This document shows positions 1 through 8,895 of a stretch of 61,763 bases of DNA, piece after piece. Position 1 is the stretch's first letter; each line of letters starts with the position of its first letter. The stretch is taken from sequence record SRR33789315_30. One strand, 5' to 3'. Both the position numbers and the translations under genes were made by a program. The notes under the pieces are model-generated. The model had not been told where the DNA came from and did not search any database. It was given only the letters and a program-made list of their open reading frames with translations.

Positions 1-1330
1 CTCCATAAAGTGTATCAAGTAAGGCTACTTTGGCTTCTATTTGCTTGCCATAAATATTTCTATAATGCTCTCCCCAGATAGATTCGAACAGTTCAGATTT
101 TTTGGTTTCATCTATAGAATATATAGAAGTTTTTACTGTTTTAGGAAGATTTTCTACGACAGCTTCTGGAATCTTTGGCTCTTCTACTGGTTGAAAAATT
201 TGTCGGGTATATACTAATTTTGGTTGGTTATTTTCACCTGATCCAAAATAGCGTACCCAAGTCTCACCCTCTTTAAAAATATCAAGTACCGCAAAACCTT
301 GGCCACTATAAGCAAATAGGCCATCTCCACCCAAGACGGCATATGATGCCTTAGAACCAGATCCAGAAATAATTTGCTTCACTTCATCATGTTCTATATA
401 CTGTAAAGAGTGTTCATGGCCAGAAGCAAAAATGATTCTATGGTGATCATCTATTAATACTTTAAGACGCTTCATCAACTCGTTATATTTTTCATTATAA
501 CGGTCTTGCTTAGAAATACCCCCTTGAGTTCTTATTTGTGTGATAAGTGATGCAAAAATGGGAATAGGAATTTTCTTTTGAGATGGAAATAAATGTTTAG
601 TTATGGCAAATTTACCTCCATGTACACCATTTGTATACATAGGATGATGCATTGCTATAAGAACAGTTTTTTCTTGGTTTTTTTTTATCTCACCCTCTAA
701 CTCAAGAAAAAATTTCTCTCGGGTTTTAATGTTACATTTATCATTAATTTTTGGGTTTTTATCCCAATCTTCAAGATACCACTGTGTATCTATGATAATC
801 ATATGAACCTCGTCATCAATATCATAACTCACCAATGGACAACCATCTTCAGGTAAAAAAACTTTTTTATCTTTTAATTTACTCTGAAAATACTTTTCTT
901 GTCTTTGTAGCCCTTCTACCCCGTGATTATACCAATCATGATTGCCTGGAATAAAAATAACTTCGCCTTTATAATCTTTAACTGCATTGTACTGAATATC
1001 CAGCCTATATTCTGAAAGTGCTCTAGACTCACTTTCTTTTGGAGGCATACCTTCTGGATAGATATTATCTCCTAAAAAAAGAGTAAAATGATCATTATTA
1101 TTTTCTACAGAATCCAAATAGTTTTTAAGCACTTTAAGTCCTACAGTGCTTTCTCCCATCTGCGCATAGCCTGCATCACCAACAAGATAAAAGGTCTTTA
1201 CTGGATTCTTTGTTTTAGGATAAATCTCTATATCAGACTGCTTATCTTTATATAAAGGGATGTCATAAGTAGCACAAGAAGCAAAAATGAAGAAGCTGAA
1301 AAATGTTAGAACTATGTTATTTTTTGACAT
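1..1330 (-). CDS. Calcineurin-like metallophosphoesterase lipoprotein (5' part; runs off the left edge)
   Basis: Not in the ORF track. Reverse strand from ATG at 1330 reads MSKNNIVLTFFSFFIFASC (lipobox), then the metallophosphoesterase motifs YLVGDAG, FLGDNIY, IPGNHDW, HHPMY and SGHEH; appears open to the window edge. Confidence 0.85.
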   Translation of the reverse strand, partial: MSKNNIVLTFFSFFIFASCATYDIPLYKDKQSDIEIYPKTKNPVKTFYLVGDAGYAQMGESTVGLKVLKNYLDSVENNNDHFTLFLGDNIYPEGMPPKESESRALSEYRLDIQYNAVKDYKGEVIFIPGNHDWYNHGVEGLQRQEKYFQSKLKDKKVFLPEDGCPLVSYDIDDEVHMIIIDTQWYLEDWDKNPKINDKCNIKTREKFFLELEGEIKKNQEKTVLIAMHHPMYTNGVHGGKFAITKHLFPSQKKIPIPIFASLITQIRTQGGISKQDRYNEKYNELMKRLKVLIDDHHRIIFASGHEHSLQYIEHDEVKQIISGSGSKASYAVLGGDGLFAYSGQGFAVLDIFKEGETWVRYFGSGENNQPKLVYTRQIFQPVEEPKIPEAVVENLPKTVKTSIYSIDETKKSELFESIWGEHYRNIYGKQIEAKVALLDTLYG

Positions 1331-1356
1331 CTACTATTTATAAGTATATTTATTAG

Positions 1357-1380
1357 TAATTTTCACTAAGCAGAAATGTA
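1357..1380. promoter_or_regulatory. Overlapping divergent Bacteroidota -7-like elements
   Basis: TAATTTTC on + (1357-1364) and TACATTTC on - (1373-1380), both variants of the TAnnTTTG consensus, lie in the 56-bp gap between divergent genes. Confidence 0.45.
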
Positions 1381-1386
1381 AGATAT

Positions 1387-2592
1387 ATGGCTGAAATAGC
1401 AGAAGCTAAAATAGAGATAGTAGAAAAAGCTGATGACTTTGTTCTTCAATTGTTCAAGGAAAAACTTCCTAATTCCTACCTGTACCATAATTACAACCAT
1501 ACGTATAGAGTGGTTAAAAGTACTAAAGAAATTATCGAAAATACTGAATTAAATGTTAAACAGAAAGAAGCTGTACTGCTTGCTGCCTGGCTGCATGACA
1601 CGGGTTATAGTGAGACGTTGGCTGAACATGAAGAAGCCAGTATTAAAATAAGCGAAGAGTTTTTGCGATCACAACAAGTAGATAGTGATCAAATTGAATT
1701 AGTGTCTTCACTTATTAGATCTACAAAGATGAGTGTTGAGCCCAAAAACATTCTAGAATGGATATTGAATGATGCTGATGCCTCTCATTTTGCGAAAGAT
1801 CATTTTGATAGTACAAGTGAATTTTTAAGACAAGAATTAAATCTTACAGGTGTTGCATCTTATAGCCCTGAAGAATGGCTGGATGAAAACATCAAGATGT
1901 TTACTAATACGCATAGGTTTTATACAGATTATGCACTAAAGGAATGGAAGCCACAAAAAGATAAAAATCTTATTAATCTTATAGAAGCTAAGCAAAAAAT
2001 AGAAAAAAAACTAGTTAAAGAAAAAACTAAAGCTAAACTAAAGGCCAAGTATAAAGACGAAAGCCCAGATAGAGGAATACAAACGGTATTTAGAACCACC
2101 CTCCGTAATCATATTAAATTAAGTGATATTGCCGATACGAAGGCGAATATTTTGCTGTCTGTTAATGCAATTATTATCTCTTTTGCTTTAGCAAACGTAA
2201 TTCCTAAGTTAGATTCACCTACTAATAGGCATTTAATGTTACCTACGTTGATTTTAGTTCTCTTTAGCGTAGCCTCTATAATTATGTCTATCCTATCTAC
2301 ACGTCCCAATATTACCAGTGGTGAGTTTACTCGTGAACAAGTCTTAAAAAGACAGGTTAATATCCTCTTCTTTGGTAATTTTCATAAAATGGAATATGAT
2401 GATTACAAATGGGCTATGAATGAAATTATTAGAGATAAGGATTATATATACGAAGCTCTAACTAAGGATTTATACTTATTAGGAATTGTCCTAAACAAAA
2501 AATATATGCTTTTACGTAAAACATATATTGTATTTATGACAGGAATTATAATCTCGGTTTTGAGTTATATATTAGCTTTTTGGTTAATTTAA
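1387..2592 (+). CDS. HD-domain protein fused to a Pycsar-type transmembrane effector domain (DUF5706/PycTM-like)
   Basis: N-terminal HD motifs YHNYNHT, WLHDTG, HEE, DAD. C-terminal IADTKANILLSVN, TM helices, LFFGNF, and KKY..LR..Y..F..G plus a terminal TM helix match the PycTM family. Confidence 0.85.
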   Translation: MAEIAEAKIEIVEKADDFVLQLFKEKLPNSYLYHNYNHTYRVVKSTKEIIENTELNVKQKEAVLLAAWLHDTGYSETLAEHEEASIKISEEFLRSQQVDSDQIELVSSLIRSTKMSVEPKNILEWILNDADASHFAKDHFDSTSEFLRQELNLTGVASYSPEEWLDENIKMFTNTHRFYTDYALKEWKPQKDKNLINLIEAKQKIEKKLVKEKTKAKLKAKYKDESPDRGIQTVFRTTLRNHIKLSDIADTKANILLSVNAIIISFALANVIPKLDSPTNRHLMLPTLILVLFSVASIIMSILSTRPNITSGEFTREQVLKRQVNILFFGNFHKMEYDDYKWAMNEIIRDKDYIYEALTKDLYLLGIVLNKKYMLLRKTYIVFMTGIIISVLSYILAFWLI

Positions 2593-4962
2593 AACTTTCA
2601 TTAATTCTTCATAGGTAACATTAGCAGTTCTAGATTTCTTTATTTTAGTCTCATAGTTATATACGACTTCAACTCTAAGAGCTCTTAACCCGACTACACC
2701 TTGAACATCTTCAAGTTTTACATCTTCTACCGTATTGCCTAAATAATTTTTGAATTGTAAATATTTAATATAGCGCATATATTCTTCTGCATCACTATCT
2801 TGAGTATATACAATAGCTATTTTACCCTTTTGTGTAATACGTTCTGTAGTGCCACTTATAAAAGCCTTATCAATACGTTTTTTTATAATCTCATATCTTG
2901 CATTGTAAGAACCATCTATATCAAATTTCTTTTCATCCATTCTATATCTTATAGTCAACGTCCTACTATATACTAAAATTAAAGATGCCGCATCTAAATG
3001 AAAGGTATCATCTTTTTGTATTTGATAGAAATGATTTTCCATTTCACACATAGTACTCAATTGCCATAACCTTAAGTTATACAAATAGATCTCGCTAAAT
3101 TTTTCTGAACGGGTCATAGACTCGCCTATATACATATTATGATCTACACCATCTGTTTTATAACGTTCAAAATAATGCGGGTATTTTTTTTGCGCATCTT
3201 GTTGTTTATTATCTATAAATGTTGCTAGATTCAAGTTGATTTTCTCAACTATTTCATCGTAAGTTTTTCTATGATCATATATTAAACCTGAATCCTTATT
3301 GATTGCCGCCTTATAATTATCTATTGTATGAGAAAGTTCATAAAACTTAGATTTTAAATGGTTTAGAAAAGGATTAACCTCATTTTGCAATAATTTTATT
3401 ACTTCAGATTCACTCGATGCGCTCAAATGATCTGAAATAGAATCGGTATACTCACTTACTCTAAATAAAACCTGCTCATAAATAGGTAACGGATTTAACT
3501 TAAAAGCTAGTTTTAAGATATCACTCACCATATTCAATTGCATGAGAATATCCTTTTGTATCGCTTTATTACGTTGTTCAGAAGAACCTATCATATCTAT
3601 CTGCCCATATAAAGGATATACGTCGTTAAAAGCAATATCCCTAAATGCAGCAAACCTACCCATGCCCTGTAATGCGATAAATCTTCTGGCTTCCCGTTCA
3701 AACACCCATAGTACACTAGGATGAATACTGGTACATTCACTTTGTATTACAGCCTTAATGCGGTTCTGTTTTTGATAACGCATTCTCTCAATTGTAGACA
3801 CAATATATGGCGTAACATCATCAAGCTTTATCGCATTAATGCTATGCAACTCGTTTTTTCTAATAGAAACTATTTCTAAAACGGCTAATAGCTTTTTCCC
3901 TTTTGCCAATGGAGCCAGAATACAACTTTTTATGCCTTTTGCAAGTAAATTCTCAGATAGAAGATTATAATCTGTATTAACGGCATAAGCTTCAACATCT
4001 GCAATACTAAAATAAGTCTTCTCAATGACTAAGGCATTGTAAGCATCTTTACATAATAAGGTGTTGCATTTATGCTTATTTTCTTTATCAAGAATATAAC
4101 TGGAAGCAAAATCTTTATCCATTTTAATAAAGCTTCTGTCCTCAAAATTAAGTTCGGTAAACCCTACTTTAAGATCAGCTATGTCAAATATTGATCTGAA
4201 AATTTCTTCAAATTTGGGATAACCATTAAGGTTATCTATATCGCTTTGACTAAGGAGATTACTTTTAAGTTCAGAAATAGCATCATCAATAGTAACATCT
4301 GTTAAAGTAAGAATTGTTAAACCTCGCATTACCCAACTATTAGGTGGAAAATATTTTTTCCAAAGGGTAATATTGTCAAAATTCTGAATTAATTCCTTAA
4401 ACATCTCACTAGTAACATCCACTGCCTGATCTGTAGGTTCTAATGTCACAAAATCATAATTCATCGTTATACGATAATGACGCAGTAAACCATTTTTTTC
4501 AGGAATATCATAATAAAGGGGCTTATTAAGATCAATATTATAGCCATAATAATTATTCAAAATTACTACACACGTATAGATGTAATAGGTCTCGTCATCA
4601 AAATTCCTGATTTCCAATTCAAAATCAGGTCCAGCATTTTCTAATATAGAAGAAAAATGCTGTGTAGGATTAAAAATAACATTATGAAATGGTATACATG
4701 CGGCCTTTATCTCATTTGCCGAAAGTGCAGCAGGAAACAAATTTTCTAAAATAAGATGAATGGGCTCTACATACTTTTCTAATTCTTTAAAATCTGAAAC
4801 ACCATCTATTAACTCAGGAAAAGATTGAGCATACCCCAACATAGACTCCATATACGATTTTAAAAAATCTGTATCAGAATTTTTAATTCTAGATATTAGT
4901 TTATCCACAATTTTATACAGACTAAACTTAATCTGTACAGGAAACTCTTCAGCCTTTTTCAT
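2584..4962 (-). CDS. GAF domain-containing protein with a putative divergent class III nucleotidyl-cyclase C-terminal domain
   Basis: GAF signature GIKSCILAPL...LLAVLEIVS. C-terminal LYGQIDMIGSS, RYKTDGVDHNMYIG, FDIDGSYNAR and GKIAIVY follow class III cyclase motif order (cyclase call is inference). Confidence 0.7.
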   Translation of the reverse strand: MKKAEEFPVQIKFSLYKIVDKLISRIKNSDTDFLKSYMESMLGYAQSFPELIDGVSDFKELEKYVEPIHLILENLFPAALSANEIKAACIPFHNVIFNPTQHFSSILENAGPDFELEIRNFDDETYYIYTCVVILNNYYGYNIDLNKPLYYDIPEKNGLLRHYRITMNYDFVTLEPTDQAVDVTSEMFKELIQNFDNITLWKKYFPPNSWVMRGLTILTLTDVTIDDAISELKSNLLSQSDIDNLNGYPKFEEIFRSIFDIADLKVGFTELNFEDRSFIKMDKDFASSYILDKENKHKCNTLLCKDAYNALVIEKTYFSIADVEAYAVNTDYNLLSENLLAKGIKSCILAPLAKGKKLLAVLEIVSIRKNELHSINAIKLDDVTPYIVSTIERMRYQKQNRIKAVIQSECTSIHPSVLWVFEREARRFIALQGMGRFAAFRDIAFNDVYPLYGQIDMIGSSEQRNKAIQKDILMQLNMVSDILKLAFKLNPLPIYEQVLFRVSEYTDSISDHLSASSESEVIKLLQNEVNPFLNHLKSKFYELSHTIDNYKAAINKDSGLIYDHRKTYDEIVEKINLNLATFIDNKQQDAQKKYPHYFERYKTDGVDHNMYIGESMTRSEKFSEIYLYNLRLWQLSTMCEMENHFYQIQKDDTFHLDAASLILVYSRTLTIRYRMDEKKFDIDGSYNARYEIIKKRIDKAFISGTTERITQKGKIAIVYTQDSDAEEYMRYIKYLQFKNYLGNTVEDVKLEDVQGVVGLRALRVEVVYNYETKIKKSRTANVTYEELMKVLN

Positions 4963-5154
4963 AGAGGGTAATTATAGATGAATATAAACCAAAAATTATA
5001 TAATAAATATTTTTGTTCATATATTTAACAGTGATTTATATTCCACATTACAATTCTCCTAATTTCCTCCCAAATTATCATATTCTAGTGGTTAATATAC
5101 CTTAAAAAGAATTTGTTTTTATGGTATATTGCAGTCTAAATAAATATAAATAAT

Positions 5155-6294
5155 ATGTCACGTATTTTAAGCCTTTTACTCCTACTCACGCTATTTATAT
5201 CTTGTGAAAAGAATGAAAATTACACCATAGAAGGTACCCTAGAAAATGTTGAAGATGGTACAGCAATTTACTTACAAGAAATAGATGAAAACAATAGACT
5301 TGCCAACGTAGATACCACTCAAGTACTAGCTGGTAAATTTAATTTCACACCAGAGAATGTAGCTAGCCCTAACATCAATATAATTACTGTTGATAAGATA
5401 AATAACGGTAGATTGATTTTTATTGCCGAAAATCAAAAAATAAAAATCACCTTAAATAAGGATAGTTTATATATCTCTAAAGTGCGCGGTGGTGCAGAGA
5501 ACGATTTCTTCAAGACCTACTACGATGAAGTAGTAGATGTAAATAAAGAAAAACAACGTCTACAAACCGATGGTATGAATGCCATGAGAAATGGCGATAC
5601 CGAACAAGTAGAGGTTATTAAAAATGAATTAAAGCAAATAGATGAAATTGCAAGGGATAAACGTATAGAATTAATACAAGCTCATCCTGAATCTCACGTT
5701 TCTGTAATTATATTAACAGATTTAATCGGATTAAAACAGATTAAGGCAGATAAAGCAGAAGCTCTTTTTGAAAGCTTAGATAGTCAAGTTAAGGAAACAG
5801 AAAAAGGAAAAAAATTAAGCGAAATGATCGCTAAATTTAAATCTACAGAAATAGCCTCTACACTAGTTGAAGTAGGGAATAAGGCTCCTAATTTTAGTGC
5901 ACCTCAACCAGATGGTACCGTTCTCGCTCTAAATAGCGCTTTAGGAAAGTATACCATTATTGATTTTTGGGCCAGTTGGTGTAAGCCTTGCCGTGTTGAA
6001 AACCCGAACGTAGTAGCAGCTTATGAAAAATTTCATGATAAGGGATTAAATATCCTAAGTGTTTCTCTAGACAAACCTAATGACAAAGAAAAATGGGTTA
6101 AAGCTATTAAAGATGACAACATGAACTGGAATCACGTATCAAATCTACAATACTGGCAAGATCCTATTGCAAAGCAATTTGGTGTAAGAGCTATCCCTGC
6201 AACATTTTTATTAGATGAAAACGGCGTAATTATTGAAAAAGATCTTCGCGGAAAAGATCTTCAAGACAAATTAGAAAGTCTTTTAGGAGTATAA
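5155..6294 (+). CDS. TlpA/AhpC-TSA family thiol-disulfide oxidoreductase lipoprotein (DUF4369-type N-terminus)
   Basis: Lipobox FISC; C-terminal thioredoxin fold with DFWASWCKPCR and IPATFLLD. Confidence 0.9.
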   Translation: MSRILSLLLLLTLFISCEKNENYTIEGTLENVEDGTAIYLQEIDENNRLANVDTTQVLAGKFNFTPENVASPNINIITVDKINNGRLIFIAENQKIKITLNKDSLYISKVRGGAENDFFKTYYDEVVDVNKEKQRLQTDGMNAMRNGDTEQVEVIKNELKQIDEIARDKRIELIQAHPESHVSVIILTDLIGLKQIKADKAEALFESLDSQVKETEKGKKLSEMIAKFKSTEIASTLVEVGNKAPNFSAPQPDGTVLALNSALGKYTIIDFWASWCKPCRVENPNVVAAYEKFHDKGLNILSVSLDKPNDKEKWVKAIKDDNMNWNHVSNLQYWQDPIAKQFGVRAIPATFLLDENGVIIEKDLRGKDLQDKLESLLGV

Positions 6295-6322
6295 CACATC
6301 CTATATAATAAGTATAGAAACT

Positions 6323-6353
6323 AAAAAATCCCGCATCTAACGGGATTTTTTTT
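6323..6353. terminator. Bidirectional intrinsic terminator
   Basis: AAAAAATCCCG-CATCTAA-CGGGATTTTTTTT between convergent genes. Confidence 0.85.
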
Positions 6354-6397
6354 ACTTTTTATATTTGGTAATATTATTCTTTATCTAATAAAGGAAA

Positions 6398-7651
6398 CTA
6401 CATTGTAGCTTCAACACCAGCAGATAATCGTTTATAAGTTCCATTTTCTAGTCGCTCTCTAATTGCAGAAAAAGCTTCTAGTGTAACTTCTACATCCTCT
6501 AATGTATGTGATGCTGTAGGAATCATTCTTAATAGAATTAGTCCTTTAGGAATTACAGGATACACAACTATAGAGCAGAATATGCCAAAGTTTTCGCGTA
6601 AATCTTTAACTAAAGCCATAGCTTCAGGTATGCTTCCTTGAAGATATACAGGCGTTACACAACTCTGTGTAGTACCTATATCAAAACCACGTGACTTTAA
6701 ACCACCTTGAAGCGCATTTACGTTCTCCCATAATTTTGCTTTAAGTTCTGGCATCGTACGCAACATATCTAAACGCTTTAAAGCACCAACAACAAGTTGC
6801 ATTTGCAAGGACTTAGCAAACATTTGTGAACGTAAATTATATTTTAAATAATCTATTATCTCTTGATCTGCAGCTATAAATGCTCCGGTACTTGCCATAG
6901 ATTTAGCAAAAGTAGCAAAATAGACATCTATCTCATCCTGAACACCTTGCTCCTCACCTGCTCCAGCACCTGTTGCACCTAAAGTTCCAAAACCGTGTGC
7001 GTCATCAACAAATAAGCGGAAATTATATTTTTTCTTTAAAGCAACTATATCTTTCAACTTGCCTTGCTCTCCTCGCATTCCAAAAACACCTTCAGAGATC
7101 AATAAAATACCACCTCCCGTTTGTTCTGCTAATTTAGTAGCACGTTGCAAGTTTTTTTCAATACTCTCTACATCATTATGCTTATAGGTAAATCGTTTAC
7201 CCATATGTAAACGTACACCATCAATAATACAAGCATGAGCATCTACATCATAAACAATAATATCGTCTTTTGACACCAATGCATCCACTGTAGATACCAT
7301 ACCTTGGTATCCAAAGTTTAATAAATAAGTGGCTTCTTTTTTAACAAAAGCAGCTAGTTCATTTTGAAGTTGTTCATGAAGTTCTGTATGACCACTCATC
7401 ATTCTTGCTCCCATTGGGTACGCAGATCCATAAGCTGCAGCAGCTTCTGCATCTACTTTACGTACTTCGGGATGATTAGCAAGTCCTAAGTAATCATTTA
7501 TACTCCAAGTAACGACTTCTTTACCTTGGAATTTCATTCGGTTAGAAATAGGACCTTCTAGCTTAGGAAATACAAAATATCCTTCTGCTTGTTCTGCCCA
7601 TCTACCTAAAGGACCTTTATCCCTGTAAATTTTATCGAATAAATCTCTCAT
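6398..7651 (-). CDS. capB: PLP-dependent alpha-oxoamine synthase; probable cysteate:fatty acyl transferase (CapB/SulA-type, capnine biosynthesis)
   Basis: AONS/SPT-family motifs NDYLGLA, HACIIDG, DDAHGFG, TFAKS. N-terminus (DLF..I...KGPLG.W..QAEGYFVFPKLEG) resembles flavobacterial cysteate acyltransferases as I recall them; directly downstream of a cysteine-synthase-like gene. Confidence 0.7.
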   Translation of the reverse strand: MRDLFDKIYRDKGPLGRWAEQAEGYFVFPKLEGPISNRMKFQGKEVVTWSINDYLGLANHPEVRKVDAEAAAAYGSAYPMGARMMSGHTELHEQLQNELAAFVKKEATYLLNFGYQGMVSTVDALVSKDDIIVYDVDAHACIIDGVRLHMGKRFTYKHNDVESIEKNLQRATKLAEQTGGGILLISEGVFGMRGEQGKLKDIVALKKKYNFRLFVDDAHGFGTLGATGAGAGEEQGVQDEIDVYFATFAKSMASTGAFIAADQEIIDYLKYNLRSQMFAKSLQMQLVVGALKRLDMLRTMPELKAKLWENVNALQGGLKSRGFDIGTTQSCVTPVYLQGSIPEAMALVKDLRENFGIFCSIVVYPVIPKGLILLRMIPTASHTLEDVEVTLEAFSAIRERLENGTYKRLSAGVEATM

Positions 7652-7673
7652 ACATCAGTTTTCAAACAAGAAG

Positions 7674-7681
7674 CAAAATTA
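7674..7681 (-). promoter_or_regulatory. Bacteroidota -7 promoter element
   Basis: TAATTTTG on - strand about 22 nt upstream of the 7651 ATG. Confidence 0.55.
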
Positions 7682-7773
7682 ACAAAATTCTGCTTTTAAG
7701 CAACTTATTAAGTTTCGGAAATTAAGCATACCTATTTCTAATGAATAGCTATTACTTCCAGATAAATTTTTAC

Positions 7774-8826
7774 TTAGGAAATATAGGTGATTTTTGGAGT
7801 TGCTTTCTCTTGCTCTTGAGCACTAGCACTATCCATAAAGCCTTGGTCTTTCATCCACTTATCGCTATATATCTTACTCATATATCGACTACCGTGGTCT
7901 GGAAATATAACTACTACAACACTTTTCTCATCAAAAACACCTTGTTCTCCCAATTGCTTAACACCCTGAATAGCAGCACCACTGGTATATCCAACGAACA
8001 TGCCTTCTGTTTGTGCTATTTCTCGAGCGGTAAATGCGCTATCTTCATCTGTTACTTTCTCAAAGAAATCAATGACATCAAAATCTGTAGCTGTAGGAAT
8101 AAGGTTTTTACCTAAACCTTCTATGCGGTAAGGATAAATCTCATTGCTATCAAATTCTTGAGTCTCATGATATTTTTTCAAAACACTACCATAAGCATCA
8201 ATACCCAACACTTTTATGTCTGGATTTTGCTCTTTTAAAAATCTTGCTGTTCCCGAAATAGTTCCTCCAGTTCCACTACAAGCAACTAGATGTGTTATCT
8301 TTCCTTGGGTCTGTTCCCAAATTTCTGGACCTGTAGATTTATAGTGTGCTTCGGTATTTAATTGATTAAAATATTGATTGATGTAGACTGACCCTTCATT
8401 TTCCTGATGCAATCTTTTTGCAACTTGATAATAAGATCTAGGATCGTTAGCAGCTACATGGGCAGGACAAACATGAACCTCAGCACCCATAGTACTTAAA
8501 GCATCTATTTTGTCTTGAGAAGATTTTGAACTCACTGCAAGTATACACTTATACCCTTTTAAAATGCTTACCATAGCTAAACTAAATCCAGTATTTCCAG
8601 AAGTTGTTTCAACTATAGTACTCCCTTTTTTAAGGATACCACGTCGCTCTGCATCTTCAACAATATGAAGCGCAATTCTATCTTTTGTAGAATGCCCCGG
8701 ATTAAAACTTTCTAATTTTGCATAGAAGTTTCCCGGAATGTTTTCGGTGATGGTATTCAACTTTACAAGTGGAGTATCACCGATTAATTGTAGTACGTTA
8801 TTATAAACGTTAAGATTTTTCTTCAT
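7774..8826 (-). CDS. capA: PLP-dependent cysteine synthase/CBS family protein; probable cysteate synthase (CapA-type)
   Basis: Motifs [30 protein letters not shown]; no CBS domains; adjacent to the alpha-oxoamine synthase. Family call is firm, specific function inferred from context. Confidence 0.65.
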   Translation of the reverse strand: MKKNLNVYNNVLQLIGDTPLVKLNTITENIPGNFYAKLESFNPGHSTKDRIALHIVEDAERRGILKKGSTIVETTSGNTGFSLAMVSILKGYKCILAVSSKSSQDKIDALSTMGAEVHVCPAHVAANDPRSYYQVAKRLHQENEGSVYINQYFNQLNTEAHYKSTGPEIWEQTQGKITHLVACSGTGGTISGTARFLKEQNPDIKVLGIDAYGSVLKKYHETQEFDSNEIYPYRIEGLGKNLIPTATDFDVIDFFEKVTDEDSAFTAREIAQTEGMFVGYTSGAAIQGVKQLGEQGVFDEKSVVVVIFPDHGSRYMSKIYSDKWMKDQGFMDSASAQEQEKATPKITYIS

Positions 8827-8870
8827 AAAAGAATCGCCTTTCCATAGCTTTTCAGTCCGTCGCCTAAAAC

Positions 8871-8893
8871 CAAACTTAAACCTTGCAAACTTA
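8871..8893 (-). promoter_or_regulatory. Two tandem -7 promoter elements (TAAGTTTG x2)
   Basis: CAAACTTA at 8871-8878 and 8886-8893 on +, i.e. TAAGTTTG twice on -, 15 bp apart, upstream of the 8826 start. Confidence 0.5.
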
Positions 8894-8895
8894 AG

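Noticed and set aside
6398-7651. bioF, kbl or serine palmitoyltransferase call
   Set aside because: No biotin or threonine dehydrogenase genes are adjacent; the N-terminus and neighbouring gene fit a cysteate acyltransferase better.
7741-8115. 124-aa + strand ORF
   Set aside because: Antisense to the cysteine-synthase-family gene; no recognisable motifs.
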